From a virus: a stretch of 64,000 nucleotides of DNA. Below the pieces are notes generated by a model, which saw nothing but the letters and a program-made list of their open reading frames with translations, did not search any database and was not told the origin of the DNA. Each line of letters starts with the position of its first letter. The stretch's first letter is position 1. The position numbers were made by a program, and so were the translations under genes. Where the stretch lies: IMG/VR virus record IMGVR_UViG_3300046170_000470. The stretch is one strand, 5' to 3'. Of this stretch, positions 1 to 10,023 are shown piece after piece.

Positions 1-192
1 GGCCTGTACATGACAGGCTCAGGTTTAGGTAAAGCTACAACGACAAGAGAAATGACTCTATTAAATGATCAAAATTTAGAAGAAATCAAATTCAACCAGT
101 CTTCAATTGGTACATCAACCAAGAAAGCTTTAGAAACAGCAGTAGCTAAAGTAGTAAAAAGAATGATACGTAAACGTATCTTTGACCATTAA
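1..192 (+). CDS. C-terminal part of a possible CsgG-like (curli assembly/secretion pore) protein, 5'-truncated by the window
   Basis: Frame is open from base 1; 'GSGLGKATT...FNQSSIGTSTKKALETAV' resembles CsgG-family C-termini (recognition only). Confidence 0.4.
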   Translation, partial: GLYMTGSGLGKATTTREMTLLNDQNLEEIKFNQSSIGTSTKKALETAVAKVVKRMIRKRIFDH

Positions 193-195
193 AAT

Positions 196-1810
196 GTGCG
201 AAAACTACTCTACATATTATTTCTATTTGTCTGTTTTAAATCTATAGGACAAACACAAACTATATCTCAAACTTTTGTAGACAGATGTACTGGTGAAACC
301 ACAATAGCAACAGCTAACTTTGTAAATGGTTCAGCTGTAGTAGCATTTTACAGTAGAGTAAAAACTTTCACTTGGGCAGAATATACAAATGGAACTTTAG
401 AGGCATGGCTTAATGAAACTTATGCCTGGTGGTCAAATTTAAGCCCATGTTCTACCAATACAGCAACAAACCAAACAACACAGCAGACAACTACTAACGC
501 TACTTCTAGTGCTACAAACGCTGCTACTAATGCTGCTAGTACTACAGGAGGAACAACAAATACAACAACAGGGACAGCATCTACTAACACAGGTTCGACT
601 TCAACAGGATCTACCAATACGTCTAATGGTAACACAAATACAGGAAATGGTTCAACAAATTCAAATTCTTCATCTTCAAGCTCATCGTCTGGTTCTTCGG
701 ATTCATCTAATAGCTCTTCGTCTGGTAATGATTCCACTGGGGGTGGAGATGACCAATCTAATAATTCGTCAAGCGGATCAGAAGGAGATTCGGGAGGTGA
801 AAGCGAAAATACTAGCAGCGGAGGCGAAAGTGAAGGAGATACTTCTAATGATTCAAAGGAAGACACTTCAGATACAAATAGTGAAGAATCCACCGAAGAA
901 GAAAGTAGCACTGAATCAGAAAGCTCAGAAGATAGTGAAAGTGAAGAATCTGAGTCTGAAGAAGTAGAAGAGGAATCTTCAGAGGAATCAGAAGAAGAAA
1001 GTTCTGAGGAAGAAAGTTCTGAGGAAGAAGAAAAAGAGGAGAAGAAAGAAGAAAAGAAAAAACGTAACCCCATAGCAGTAGCTGCTAATATAATGACCCA
1101 ATCTGGTCTAGATGGAAGATTAACCCAAGCAGCTAGTTTTGGATTTTCACAATCTTCACTTACAGGTACTACTACTTATTCTGCTAATGCTATGATCTGG
1201 GATAACCTAAAACAATTTAGTTTAAGTTTATCTAAATCTGATGTATATTTCAATTATGATAGAGAAGAAAAATTATTTCTCTATAACCCAGAAACAAATA
1301 AAGAAGATTTGTATTTTGGTTCTACTTACGGTAAGAGGAAGTATAATGGTGATACAATCTGTTAGTGCTAACTTTATGTATATATACGGTACTAAAGTAG
1401 CATCGTTTGGTTTGTCAAACGTATACTTAGGTCAAAAAGAAAACTTCTGGAAAGGATTCGTAGGTGGGTATGCTCTCTCTGGTACTATAATAAATGTAGA
1501 CGATACTGTAATGATAATGCCCTCTGGTGTATTATTTGGGACAAAACCATTTCCAACTAAAAGAGTTACTATTTCTCCAATGCTCGCTCTAGCATTCAAT
1601 CCAGTATCTTACACTTTTAATACTAAAGAAAAAACATTAAAAGGAGATTTAGCATGGAACGAACATATAACTTATATAGTAGGATCAAACTTTGATGTGG
1701 GACTCACACAGAGATTTAGATTTAATATTGGGGGTAATATAATAGGAACAACCCTTCCAGGAATTCCATTAACTTGGTCAGCAACTATTGGATCTAAATT
1801 TCAGTTTTAA
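196..1810 (+). CDS. Secreted/outer-membrane protein: signal peptide, Thr/Asn/Ser-rich then Glu-rich stalk, C-terminal beta-barrel-like domain; +1 frameshift near 1330
   Basis: ORFs 196..1365 and 1241..1810 join into one frame if one base near 1330-1333 is removed (span 1615 = 3n+1); amphipathic strands; ends in KFQF. Confidence 0.6.
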
Positions 1811-1857
1811 TATGTATAATAGATAAAAAAATTGATGTTTCACTTAAATTGTTATTT

Positions 1858-2112
1858 ATGTTCAAAACTTTAAAACGTAAATGGATGGCTTTTAAAAATA
1901 TTTTTAAAGACGATAATGATATTAATGAAAAATCAGTAGTTGGGTTTGCTTCTTTTGCAGTAATGGTAATTTTTGCAATTGCAGATATCGTAACAGGATT
2001 TTTTGGAAAAGATTTAGTAATACAAGAATTTATATACGATTCATTCTTATTTATCACACTAGGATGTTTTGGAATTGCTGAGGCAGGTAAAATTTTTGGA
2101 AAAAAAGAATAA
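1858..2112 (+). CDS. Small two-TM membrane protein (holin-like)
   Basis: Two hydrophobic segments, basic C-terminus, upstream of lysis genes; start may be 1885. Confidence 0.5.
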   Translation: MFKTLKRKWMAFKNIFKDDNDINEKSVVGFASFAVMVIFAIADIVTGFFGKDLVIQEFIYDSFLFITLGCFGIAEAGKIFGKKE

Positions 2113-2113
2113 T

Positions 2114-2302
2114 ATGAAAAAAAAGATAATATCTATATTATTTTGTGTAATGCTTTTACTACCAAGTTGTGCATCATCTAAGCCTGCAAATGTAAAAATA
2201 GAAGAACCCAGAGAACAAGTTAGTGGAGAACATGACCCAATCATGAAATTATTACTTTCAGGTCTTATTATATTATCCCTTAATTTTCTTGTTACAAAAT
2301 AA
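2114..2302 (+). CDS. Small lipoprotein with C-terminal hydrophobic helix
   Basis: MKKKII...LLLPSC lipobox; C-terminal LLLSGLIILSLNFLV. Confidence 0.55.
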   Translation: MKKKIISILFCVMLLLPSCASSKPANVKIEEPREQVSGEHDPIMKLLLSGLIILSLNFLVTK

Positions 2303-2310
2303 AATAAATT

Positions 2311-2916
2311 ATGAGCTGTTATACAAGGCAACAAATTAAAGAAGCTGTTTTATCTAAAGGATATAGATGGTTTGAAAGTGGAAACTATAATTTAAATATT
2401 GTAGGAGTTAGAAACTCAGAAACCCATGGTAAAGTTACTAATAAATTTGATGATTGTCTTACAGTATCTTATAATGTAGATGGTGGAGAAAAATTCCATT
2501 GCTTTGCTGCTACTACAGACCCAGGATCCCATTGGGAGAAAAATTTATTAAATAAAGATGGGGTTGCAATTTTAGTTCCTGGGCAATACAGAGGTTCACA
2601 TAAAATTAGAAAACATCAGGGTAAATATGAAGCTCTATGTCAAAAGAAAGAAGTAAAAGTTTATAGAGATAACAACAAAGATGGGGTTTATGATATGTTA
2701 GAAGAAAACATTCATGAAGGTATTTATGGTATTAATATTCATAAAGCCGGCTCTAGAATAAATGGATCAACCCAAATAGATAAATGGTCCGCAGGTTGTC
2801 AGGTATTTTCCAAAGAATCAGATTTTAATCAATTAATGGATTTAGCGTATAAAGCTAAAGATTTGTATGGTAATTCATTTACTTATACATTAATTGAATC
2901 AAAAGATTTAGTTTAA
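2311..2916 (+). CDS. Putative endolysin, L,D-transpeptidase (YkuD)-like
   Basis: GINIH...WSAGCQV fits the His...S-x-G-C catalytic motif; sits next to a holin. Confidence 0.55.
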   Translation: MSCYTRQQIKEAVLSKGYRWFESGNYNLNIVGVRNSETHGKVTNKFDDCLTVSYNVDGGEKFHCFAATTDPGSHWEKNLLNKDGVAILVPGQYRGSHKIRKHQGKYEALCQKKEVKVYRDNNKDGVYDMLEENIHEGIYGINIHKAGSRINGSTQIDKWSAGCQVFSKESDFNQLMDLAYKAKDLYGNSFTYTLIESKDLV

Positions 2917-2918
2917 AA

Positions 2919-3335
2919 ATGAAAACAACACAATCTATCATAGCAATAACAAGTATGTCACTAGGATTTATATGTTCCTATTTTATGGAACTTACAATGC
3001 AAAATGCAGAGCAATATCTAGCTATTACTACTTTAGTATTTGCTGATGGTTTTTTTGGCATAATAGCGGGTATTAAAAGGGAAGGATTTAAAACCTACAA
3101 AGCAATAAAAATATTAAGGACCCTAGTTTTTTGGGTTATTATGTTAACTCTAATACTAGTAATAGAAAAAAGTATACCCGGAGCTAGTTGGTTAAGTGAA
3201 ACTATGCTTATGCCTTTGGTAATATTTCAATTAATAAGTACTATAAAAAATGCATCCATGGCTGGATTCATTAAAGCAGATATTGTCAATCAAATATTAG
3301 ATAGTATTGATAAACATAAGGGCACTAGAAAATAG
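2919..3335 (+). CDS. Phage holin-family membrane protein
   Basis: 3-4 TM segments; 'ADGFFGI', 'ISTIKNASMAG' pattern typical of holin family 4. Confidence 0.65.
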   Translation: MKTTQSIIAITSMSLGFICSYFMELTMQNAEQYLAITTLVFADGFFGIIAGIKREGFKTYKAIKILRTLVFWVIMLTLILVIEKSIPGASWLSETMLMPLVIFQLISTIKNASMAGFIKADIVNQILDSIDKHKGTRK

Positions 3336-3372
3336 GTTGCCCCCTTCCTACTTTTTTATTATATTTATAACC

Positions 3373-3711
3373 ATGTATAGATACAACGCAAAATTAGACC
3401 GAGTTGTTGACGGAGATACTGTCGATGCTTTAGTAGACTTAGGATTTGATACTTGGAAAAAAGTAAGAGTTCGAATGATGGGGATGAATGCTCCTGAATC
3501 CCGCACACGAGATTTAGAAGAAAAAAAACGTGGACTAGCTGCTAAAGCAAGATTAATTAAATTATTAGAAGAGGGGGATTTTATTTTACAATCCCATGGG
3601 GTTGGAAAATATGGTAGATGTTTAGGGACTATATTTGTAAAAGATGTAGATGTAAATAAAACTTTAATTAATGAAGGACACGCAACAGAATACTTTGGGG
3701 GTGCTAGGTAA
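3373..3711 (+). CDS. Thermonuclease (SNase family)
   Basis: RVVDGDTV, RVRMMGMNAPE, GKYGRCLG motifs. Confidence 0.9.
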   Translation: MYRYNAKLDRVVDGDTVDALVDLGFDTWKKVRVRMMGMNAPESRTRDLEEKKRGLAAKARLIKLLEEGDFILQSHGVGKYGRCLGTIFVKDVDVNKTLINEGHATEYFGGAR

Positions 3712-4922
3712 GATAAAACAAGGAATGTTTCCATTCCTAATCGGATTTTCTGCCCTGTCAGTTTCAGCTTCGGCCGCTTTCTATTCAGTTAGTGGCTTAA
3801 GCAAACTTTTTGCTGGAGCTAGTTTGGAGGTTATTATAATGGCGGGTTCATTAGAATTTGCTAAATTAGTTACAGCTTCCCTTTTGTATCAATATTGGGG
3901 TACAATTAACAAAACATTACGTACTTATTTATCCATTGCTACTGTTATATTAGTACTTATTACTAGTATGGGTATATATGGATTTTTAAGTGCTGCTTAC
4001 CAAGAAACATACTCTAAATTAACAGCAGTAGAAAACCAAAAAGGTTTTATTCAACAAAAAATTGACTTTTACCAAAATGATGTAGATCGATATGATGAAG
4101 AAATTAAAAGAATATCTAGTAATATTAGTACTTTATCTAATGCAAAAGCTACGTCCATCCAAGTACGGGACACCACGGTATCTGGGGGCTTTAGACAAAC
4201 AATCTCCACAACTGAGCTTAGAATGGCGCAGAATCGTATTAATATTGAAGAGGAGAATCGTAAATTGGCGCAACAAAAACGAACAATAGCTTCAGATAGC
4301 CTTCAGAAATTTCAATTGCAAGTGCTAGAACTAGATAATAACAACGAGGTAGCTGGAGAATTAGGACCCCTGCAGTATTTATCAGGGTTTGACGGGTACT
4401 CCTATGGATAAAATTATAAATTGGTTATTACTTATTATAATTTTTGTATTTGATCCTTTAGCTATATCTCTTGTAATAGCAGCTAACTTTGCATTTGCAC
4501 AAGCATACCCAAAAAAAAAGTATAAAGAAAATTTATATGGGGAGCTTGTAGATGATTTTTCTGAATGGGACAATTTAGAAGACATTGAAGTAAAAGATGC
4601 TGAAGAAATAAAAACCCAAGATGAATTTATGGTAAATTTAGATAATCTTGAAAGGGCTAGAGATTGGGAAGCAGCAGAACGAAGAATGGAAATTATTGGT
4701 CAAAACGGAAATGATGGGGAACATTACTCAGAATTGGACTTAAACCAGGATGGTGTAATAGATGAAAATGAAATAAAATTAGCCAAATCTAAATTAGAAC
4801 TATTGCAAAATTCCTTAAAAAAATCCCTATCAGGATTTAGAAGAAGAAGAACAAAAGAAGAGATAGATAAAATAAACAAATCTCTTTTAGAAGATGAAGA
4901 TGACGAAACAATAATATATTAA
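3701..4922 (+). CDS. Multi-TM plus coiled-coil membrane protein; +1 frameshift at 4385-4387
   Basis: Removing one G gives ...LSGLTGTPMDKIINWLLLIIIFVFDPLAI; GELGPL and FDPLA motifs; EF-hand-like DLNQDGVID. Confidence 0.7.
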
Positions 4923-4930
4923 ATAGTTAT

Positions 4931-5560
4931 ATGAATAGTTGTATTTTAATAACTTCCCATTTAAACACACCCGATAAAGTATTGGCGGGGATATCTCAAT
5001 TAGAATTTTTCCAAAAACAAAATAATATATTACCTATAATTTATGTAGGTAATTATCCAATACCTGAGATATTTCAACAATACCCTATTGTAAAGCAATG
5101 CCAATACACCTCAAATAATCCTACAACTGTGGGGGATAGAGTTTTGATAACACCCACAAAAGTGGTTAAGGATTATGGGTATGCCCATTTATCCCAAATA
5201 TTAATGGGTTTTCACTTGTGTAACCAACTTAATTATGACTATGTTCATCATTTTAATTATGATGTGTTGTTGGAAGAAGGGGAATATGAAAGGCTATTAG
5301 ATATTTCTAAAAACCAAGATTTTATTTATTATCCTTGGGGAGATGATGCTATAAATTCCTGTTTATTTTCAATCCAAACCCAAAAATTTATAGATGCTAT
5401 ATCCCCTTTAGCTCATTTTTACTACAACGAAAACCCACCTGGGATTACTGATGGGTGGTTTTTTGAGACTTGGTTAAAATGGGCATTTGAATATAGTGGA
5501 GTTTATAGTGATTTAAATAATTCTAGCGATATTAAGTTTAAATTATTAATAAATAATTAA
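4931..5560 (+). CDS. Hypothetical protein, possibly glycosyltransferase-like
   Basis: ILITSH start and NYD motif resemble GT-A-like proteins. Confidence 0.4.
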   Translation: MNSCILITSHLNTPDKVLAGISQLEFFQKQNNILPIIYVGNYPIPEIFQQYPIVKQCQYTSNNPTTVGDRVLITPTKVVKDYGYAHLSQILMGFHLCNQLNYDYVHHFNYDVLLEEGEYERLLDISKNQDFIYYPWGDDAINSCLFSIQTQKFIDAISPLAHFYYNENPPGITDGWFFETWLKWAFEYSGVYSDLNNSSDIKFKLLINN

Positions 5561-5567
5561 TAATAAG

Positions 5568-5599
5568 TTTGGCTCCCCTAAAAATGAGTCGTATATTTA
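5568..5599 (+). promoter_or_regulatory. Bacteroidota-type (host sigma) early promoter
   Basis: TTTG-N20-TATATTTA preceded by TCG. Confidence 0.7.
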
Positions 5600-5621
5600 T
5601 ATTGAATAAAAAATAAAGGTC

Positions 5622-5738
5622 ATGAAAAAATTTATCAAAAAGTACAAATCTCAAATCGATACAGTATCAGGTTTTTTGTTTATCGCAGCAATATTTTATA
5701 CATTATATTTTGCTTTATGGGTAGTTTGCCCTTGTTAA
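5622..5738 (+). CDS. 38-aa single-TM peptide (not in ORF track)
   Basis: ATG after promoter and AAAGGTC; MKKFIKKYKSQIDTVSGFLFIAAIFYTLYFALWVVCPC. Confidence 0.55.
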   Translation: MKKFIKKYKSQIDTVSGFLFIAAIFYTLYFALWVVCPC

Positions 5739-5757
5739 TAGTTTTAAAATAAAGTTT

Positions 5758-6267
5758 ATGTTTGATATACCCATGTCAAGAAAAGAAGTAGATAAGCAAT
5801 TATCTCAATATCAAAAAATAAATTACAACCAATTTAGGTGGTGGAGGAGTTACCAACCAAAAAACAAACCACTTGATAATCGTCAACCATTACGTGATCG
5901 TATATTTAATGGGGATTTTGATTATTCATGTTATAAAGCTCAACAATATTTAGTTGAATATCAATTAAATGATATATTAGAAGAATGTGATATGGATTAT
6001 GCCAAATACCTAGAAAAAACCCAGGTTATTAGAGCACGAAGAAAACGTCTAATTGAGGACTTTGAAAAAGATGAAGCTGAGAGATTACGTTCTTTAACAG
6101 TTGAATTTACAAAATATTTCAAATGTAATAGAGAACAAGTTGAAAAAGAAATGTTAGAATGTAGTGGCTCCCTGATAGATCTTTATTATATTATAGAAGA
6201 AAAGTATAAAATAGTCCATATACCTGTTCCATTAAAACGTAGAGGACGACCAAAAAAAGTTATATAA
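5758..6267 (+). CDS. Hypothetical protein with C-terminal AT-hook
   Basis: KRRGRPKK. Confidence 0.6.
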   Translation: MFDIPMSRKEVDKQLSQYQKINYNQFRWWRSYQPKNKPLDNRQPLRDRIFNGDFDYSCYKAQQYLVEYQLNDILEECDMDYAKYLEKTQVIRARRKRLIEDFEKDEAERLRSLTVEFTKYFKCNREQVEKEMLECSGSLIDLYYIIEEKYKIVHIPVPLKRRGRPKKVI

Positions 6268-7005
6268 ATGAGTAAAACTTTAATTACAATAACAGGAAAT
6301 TGGCATAAAGATTATTATTCTAATTGGATTGAATGTGAAACTACCTGGGTACCTAAACTAAGGGAAAAAGGTTATGATGTATTGTATTTAATGTCTAATC
6401 CCCATTTAGATAAAGGTTATGAATTACAAGGAAATTTTTTCTTTTCAAAATGTTTAGACAATAAGTATGATATTTACATGAAGTGTGAATATTTTATATC
6501 TAAATACGTACTAAATGAAACAGAATACCAATACAGGTATCATATTGATTCAGATAGCTTTGTCCACCCAGATAGATTTATTAAATTTATAGAAGATTAT
6601 ACAATAACTAATCCTAAAGATTATGTGGGGTGTGCTGTGCCCTATCCTAGTTTCCATTGGGATAACCTAATCCAAAAAGAAATAGATAATGTTAATATAT
6701 GGGCTAGTGGAGGATCAGGTTTTTTATTAAGTCGAAAATCTATGAAATACTTAGTTGAGGATTTTTCTAGAGATGAATTTAAAGATACCATTTTTGAAGA
6801 TAAAATAGTAGGACAGATATTATACAGAAATGGAATCAATTTATTCCATGATTCTAGACTATTATTCACATCTCCATATAAACAAATAATGCATAACCCT
6901 GCAAATGATCCTGTTAACTTTATAGGAAACAAAGATTCATTTTTAGCAGTACAACATTACTGTAATGGTCACATGCAAGAAATAATACATAAATTAGAAT
7001 TATGA
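6268..7005 (+). CDS. GT31/Fringe-like glycosyltransferase (paralog of 58993..59769)
   Basis: IDSDSFV (DxD), ASGGSGFLLSR, EDKIVG. Confidence 0.7.
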   Translation: MSKTLITITGNWHKDYYSNWIECETTWVPKLREKGYDVLYLMSNPHLDKGYELQGNFFFSKCLDNKYDIYMKCEYFISKYVLNETEYQYRYHIDSDSFVHPDRFIKFIEDYTITNPKDYVGCAVPYPSFHWDNLIQKEIDNVNIWASGGSGFLLSRKSMKYLVEDFSRDEFKDTIFEDKIVGQILYRNGINLFHDSRLLFTSPYKQIMHNPANDPVNFIGNKDSFLAVQHYCNGHMQEIIHKLEL

Positions 7006-7793
7006 AAGTATCACATGAAGTACCTCGCTGTTTATTAACAGCATCCCCTGAATTTAATGATTACGATTATGCACTTCCTCACTTGTTTGACCAAGATGAA
7101 GAATATCTACAATATTTTATGGATGCAAAAGCAGATGGTCGTTATATTATAATGGATAATTCACTCCATGAATTGGGAGAAGCATATAATCATGAAAGAT
7201 TACGTTATTGGGTTAGTGTAATAGAACCAGATGAATTTATAGTCCCAGATGTTTGGATGAAATGTGCTGAAACAGCAGCTCAAGCTAAATACTGGAAGCA
7301 ATTTAAATATCCTAAAAAAACTAAACTCACAGCTGTAATTCAAGGTGAAAATAAAAACCAAGCCTATTTGTGTGCTAATTTATTAGCTAATTTAGGATAT
7401 GATAAATTATGTGTATCTTATGGTGCTACTTGGTATAATGATTTCTTTCCACATACTAACGCAGATATGGGAAAAGCATTAGGTAGAGTACGATTTGTAC
7501 AGGGATTATTAAATTTAAAACAATTAAAAGATATTAAGTTTCATTTACTAGGTTGTTCAATACCACAAGAATTTGGTTGGTATGATAATAATCCAAGAAT
7601 AGAATCAATTGATACTTCTAACCCAGTAATGGCTGCTTTAGAAAGTACATGGTATAATGATAATGGTTTAAATACAAAACCAAAAGCAAATATGAATGAT
7701 TATTTTGATATAGATTTTTCAAAAATTGATTATTTAAATGTTGTTCATAATACAACTAAATTTAGAAGAATTAATAATTTAAAAATTAAATAG
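7002..7793 (+). CDS. TGT/DpdA-like 7-deazaguanine transglycosylase
   Basis: MDNSLHELG, VPDV, AVIQG, FHLLG, IDTS match the TGT TIM-barrel pattern; clustered with queC/D/E and folE. Confidence 0.65.
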   Translation: MKVSHEVPRCLLTASPEFNDYDYALPHLFDQDEEYLQYFMDAKADGRYIIMDNSLHELGEAYNHERLRYWVSVIEPDEFIVPDVWMKCAETAAQAKYWKQFKYPKKTKLTAVIQGENKNQAYLCANLLANLGYDKLCVSYGATWYNDFFPHTNADMGKALGRVRFVQGLLNLKQLKDIKFHLLGCSIPQEFGWYDNNPRIESIDTSNPVMAALESTWYNDNGLNTKPKANMNDYFDIDFSKIDYLNVVHNTTKFRRINNLKIK

Positions 7794-7795
7794 TT

Positions 7796-7990
7796 ATGGC
7801 AAAGTTAACAAGAAATGTAAATTATTGTAATTACAGATGGGAAGAATATGTGCTAACAGAAGAAGAATTAGCACAATGGAAAACGGGTGATGAAGATCTC
7901 CAACAAGAAATCATAGATAATGCAGATTGGGACTTAGTAAGAGATAAACCAATTGATGATTATAGTGAACCAGAATTTGTAGAAGAATAA
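7796..7990 (+). CDS. Hypothetical acidic protein
   Basis: ORF in operon. Confidence 0.6.
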   Translation: MAKLTRNVNYCNYRWEEYVLTEEELAQWKTGDEDLQQEIIDNADWDLVRDKPIDDYSEPEFVEE

Positions 7991-7994
7991 TAAT

Positions 7995-8180
7995 ATGGCA
8001 GAATTTATAAGACACGCACTAGGACTTTGTGGAGAACACTATCATCCAAATTTATGGACACTTCTTATAGGAGGAGTTGGATTTTCAACTATTTTTTCGT
8101 ATGTTCGATCATATATAAAATGTAAATTTAATCAAGCGTTAGCCTATACGCGAAATACCTGGCAAAAATTAAATAAGTAA
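7995..8180 (+). CDS. Small membrane protein
   Basis: HALGLCGEHYHP plus one TM. Confidence 0.55.
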   Translation: MAEFIRHALGLCGEHYHPNLWTLLIGGVGFSTIFSYVRSYIKCKFNQALAYTRNTWQKLNK

Positions 8181-8183
8181 ATT

Positions 8184-8972
8184 ATGGCACATTGTGTAGT
8201 AAGTTTAAGTGGTGGAATGGATAGCAGCACCCTATTGTTAAGAGCTATCGAGAAGTATGATACCGTAACTGGTATCTCATTTGATTACGGTCAAAAACAC
8301 AGAGTAGAGCTAGAGAGAGCTCAATCATTAATTGATTACCTTGCAAGTAAAGGTCACAAAGTAAATTATCGTCAAATTAAACTTGATGGTCTAGTAGATC
8401 TATTAGACTCAGCTTTAGTTACAGGTGGAGATGACGTACCAGAAGGTCATTACGAACAAGATAATATGAAAGAAACAGTTGTTCCTAATAGAAACAAAAT
8501 GTTTGCTTCAATTACTCAAGCAGTTGCATTATCTGTAGCAAATAGAACAGAAGATGTTTGTGATATCGCTTTAGGTATTCATGCCGGTGACCATGCAGTT
8601 TACCCTGATTGTAGACAAGAATTTAGAGATGCAGATGATGCAGCTTTTAGAATTGGAAACTGGGATGCAGATAGAGTAGGTTACTTTACACCTTATTTAG
8701 ATACTGATAAATTTGGTATCCTACAAGATGGAGAAAAATTATGTGAAATTTTAGGTATTGATTTTGATGAAGTTTATAAAAGAACTAATACATCGTACAA
8801 ACCCTATCCTAGTGGAAATTCCGATTATAAGTCTGCTTCTAGTGTTGAGAGGATTGAGGCTTTTATTGCTTTGGGGAGAAAAGATCCTGTACAGTATGAG
8901 GATGAAACTGGAGTGGTTGATTACGAAGTAGCAAAAACTCATGTTGAGAAAGTTCTTGCTGAATATGTATAG
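8184..8972 (+). CDS. queC: QueC-like 7-cyano-7-deazaguanine synthase lacking the Zn-binding Cys
   Basis: SGGMDS, FDYGQKH, VPNRN, YPDCR. Confidence 0.92.
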   Translation: MAHCVVSLSGGMDSSTLLLRAIEKYDTVTGISFDYGQKHRVELERAQSLIDYLASKGHKVNYRQIKLDGLVDLLDSALVTGGDDVPEGHYEQDNMKETVVPNRNKMFASITQAVALSVANRTEDVCDIALGIHAGDHAVYPDCRQEFRDADDAAFRIGNWDADRVGYFTPYLDTDKFGILQDGEKLCEILGIDFDEVYKRTNTSYKPYPSGNSDYKSASSVERIEAFIALGRKDPVQYEDETGVVDYEVAKTHVEKVLAEYV

Positions 8973-8994
8973 ATTACTATTAATATTTTAAAGA

Positions 8995-9135
8995 ATGAAC
9001 ACAGAACAATCAAATGGTAACACCCAGCTAAACGCTGAAAGAGCTAAAGTAAACCAAAGAGTAAGTAGGTATGCTATGCTGGGTAGATCCAAAAAAGTTT
9101 ATTGGGATGGTGCAAGAAGAAACCGTACAATTTAA
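8995..9135 (+). CDS. 46-aa basic peptide (not in ORF track)
   Basis: ATG..TAA fills the gap: MNTEQSNGNTQLNAERAKVNQR... Confidence 0.5.
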   Translation: MNTEQSNGNTQLNAERAKVNQRVSRYAMLGRSKKVYWDGARRNRTI

Positions 9136-9160
9136 CTTAGTAGAATAAAAAACAAAAATT

Positions 9161-9808
9161 ATGATTGGTATATTAAATGATCGAGTAGTAAAACATATTA
9201 ACAACATCTCTGAGATATTAAATAAATCTGGTGAAAGAATAGAAGGAAACTTAATATGTGATGTCACAGCTGAAAACCATGTAGATGAACAGAATAGGAG
9301 TAAAATAGAGAACTTAATTACAGTAGCCAAAGGCAAACAGAGAATATGCGAGATAGGAGTTAATGCAGCACATAGCTTGTTACTTATGGTTGATAGTAAT
9401 CCTACTGCACATTATACTGTGTTTGATTTAAATGGTCATTCTTACACTCATTCATGTATAGAGTATGTTAAAAATGCTTACCCATCTACAGACATTAAAG
9501 TAATTTATGGAGATACTAATATAACATTACACAATTACCTCCAAATGAGTACAGAGGCTCAACGTTTTGATATGATACACGTGGATGGTGGTCATGAACT
9601 CCCAACTGTTGTAAATGACTTTATCTACTCAAGATTCTTACTAAAACCAAAAGGAATAGTTGTATTTGATGATTACAATTTTCATGACATCAAGGTAACT
9701 CTTGATTATTACATAGAGAGAAATGTTATACAGAATATAGATTCCCCAGACATAATAGACACAGGTCTTCATTATATTTATAGTTTCGAGACCGATCAAA
9801 ACAATTAA
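9161..9808 (+). CDS. Class I SAM-dependent methyltransferase (Methyltransf_24-like)
   Basis: EIGVNAAHS, FDMIHVDGGH, GIVVFDDY. Confidence 0.85.
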   Translation: MIGILNDRVVKHINNISEILNKSGERIEGNLICDVTAENHVDEQNRSKIENLITVAKGKQRICEIGVNAAHSLLLMVDSNPTAHYTVFDLNGHSYTHSCIEYVKNAYPSTDIKVIYGDTNITLHNYLQMSTEAQRFDMIHVDGGHELPTVVNDFIYSRFLLKPKGIVVFDDYNFHDIKVTLDYYIERNVIQNIDSPDIIDTGLHYIYSFETDQNN

Positions 9809-9813
9809 AATTT

Positions 9814-10023
9814 ATGAATAAAAATCAAATGAATTTAAGTGCTAAAGGTGGGATTCAAATTAATGGTCAAAAAATTCCTGATCCTAAACTACACCAAAAA
9901 ATTAGTTTTATTAAATCCGGAATAAGAATAGCTGGTTATTTTCTTTTGCCTTTTAGCTTGGAAATTGCAGCAGGAGTTCTTATATTGAGCGAAATAATTG
10001 GTATAATTGAAGAATTAGTATAA
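9814..10023 (+). CDS. Small membrane protein
   Basis: HQKISFIKSGIRIAG...SEIIGIIEELV. Confidence 0.6.
   Translation: MNKNQMNLSAKGGIQINGQKIPDPKLHQKISFIKSGIRIAGYFLLPFSLEIAAGVLILSEIIGIIEELV

Noticed and set aside
420-1073. 217-aa minus-strand ORF and 152-aa alternative-frame ORF (509..967)
   Set aside because: Shadows of the low-complexity stalk of 196..1810
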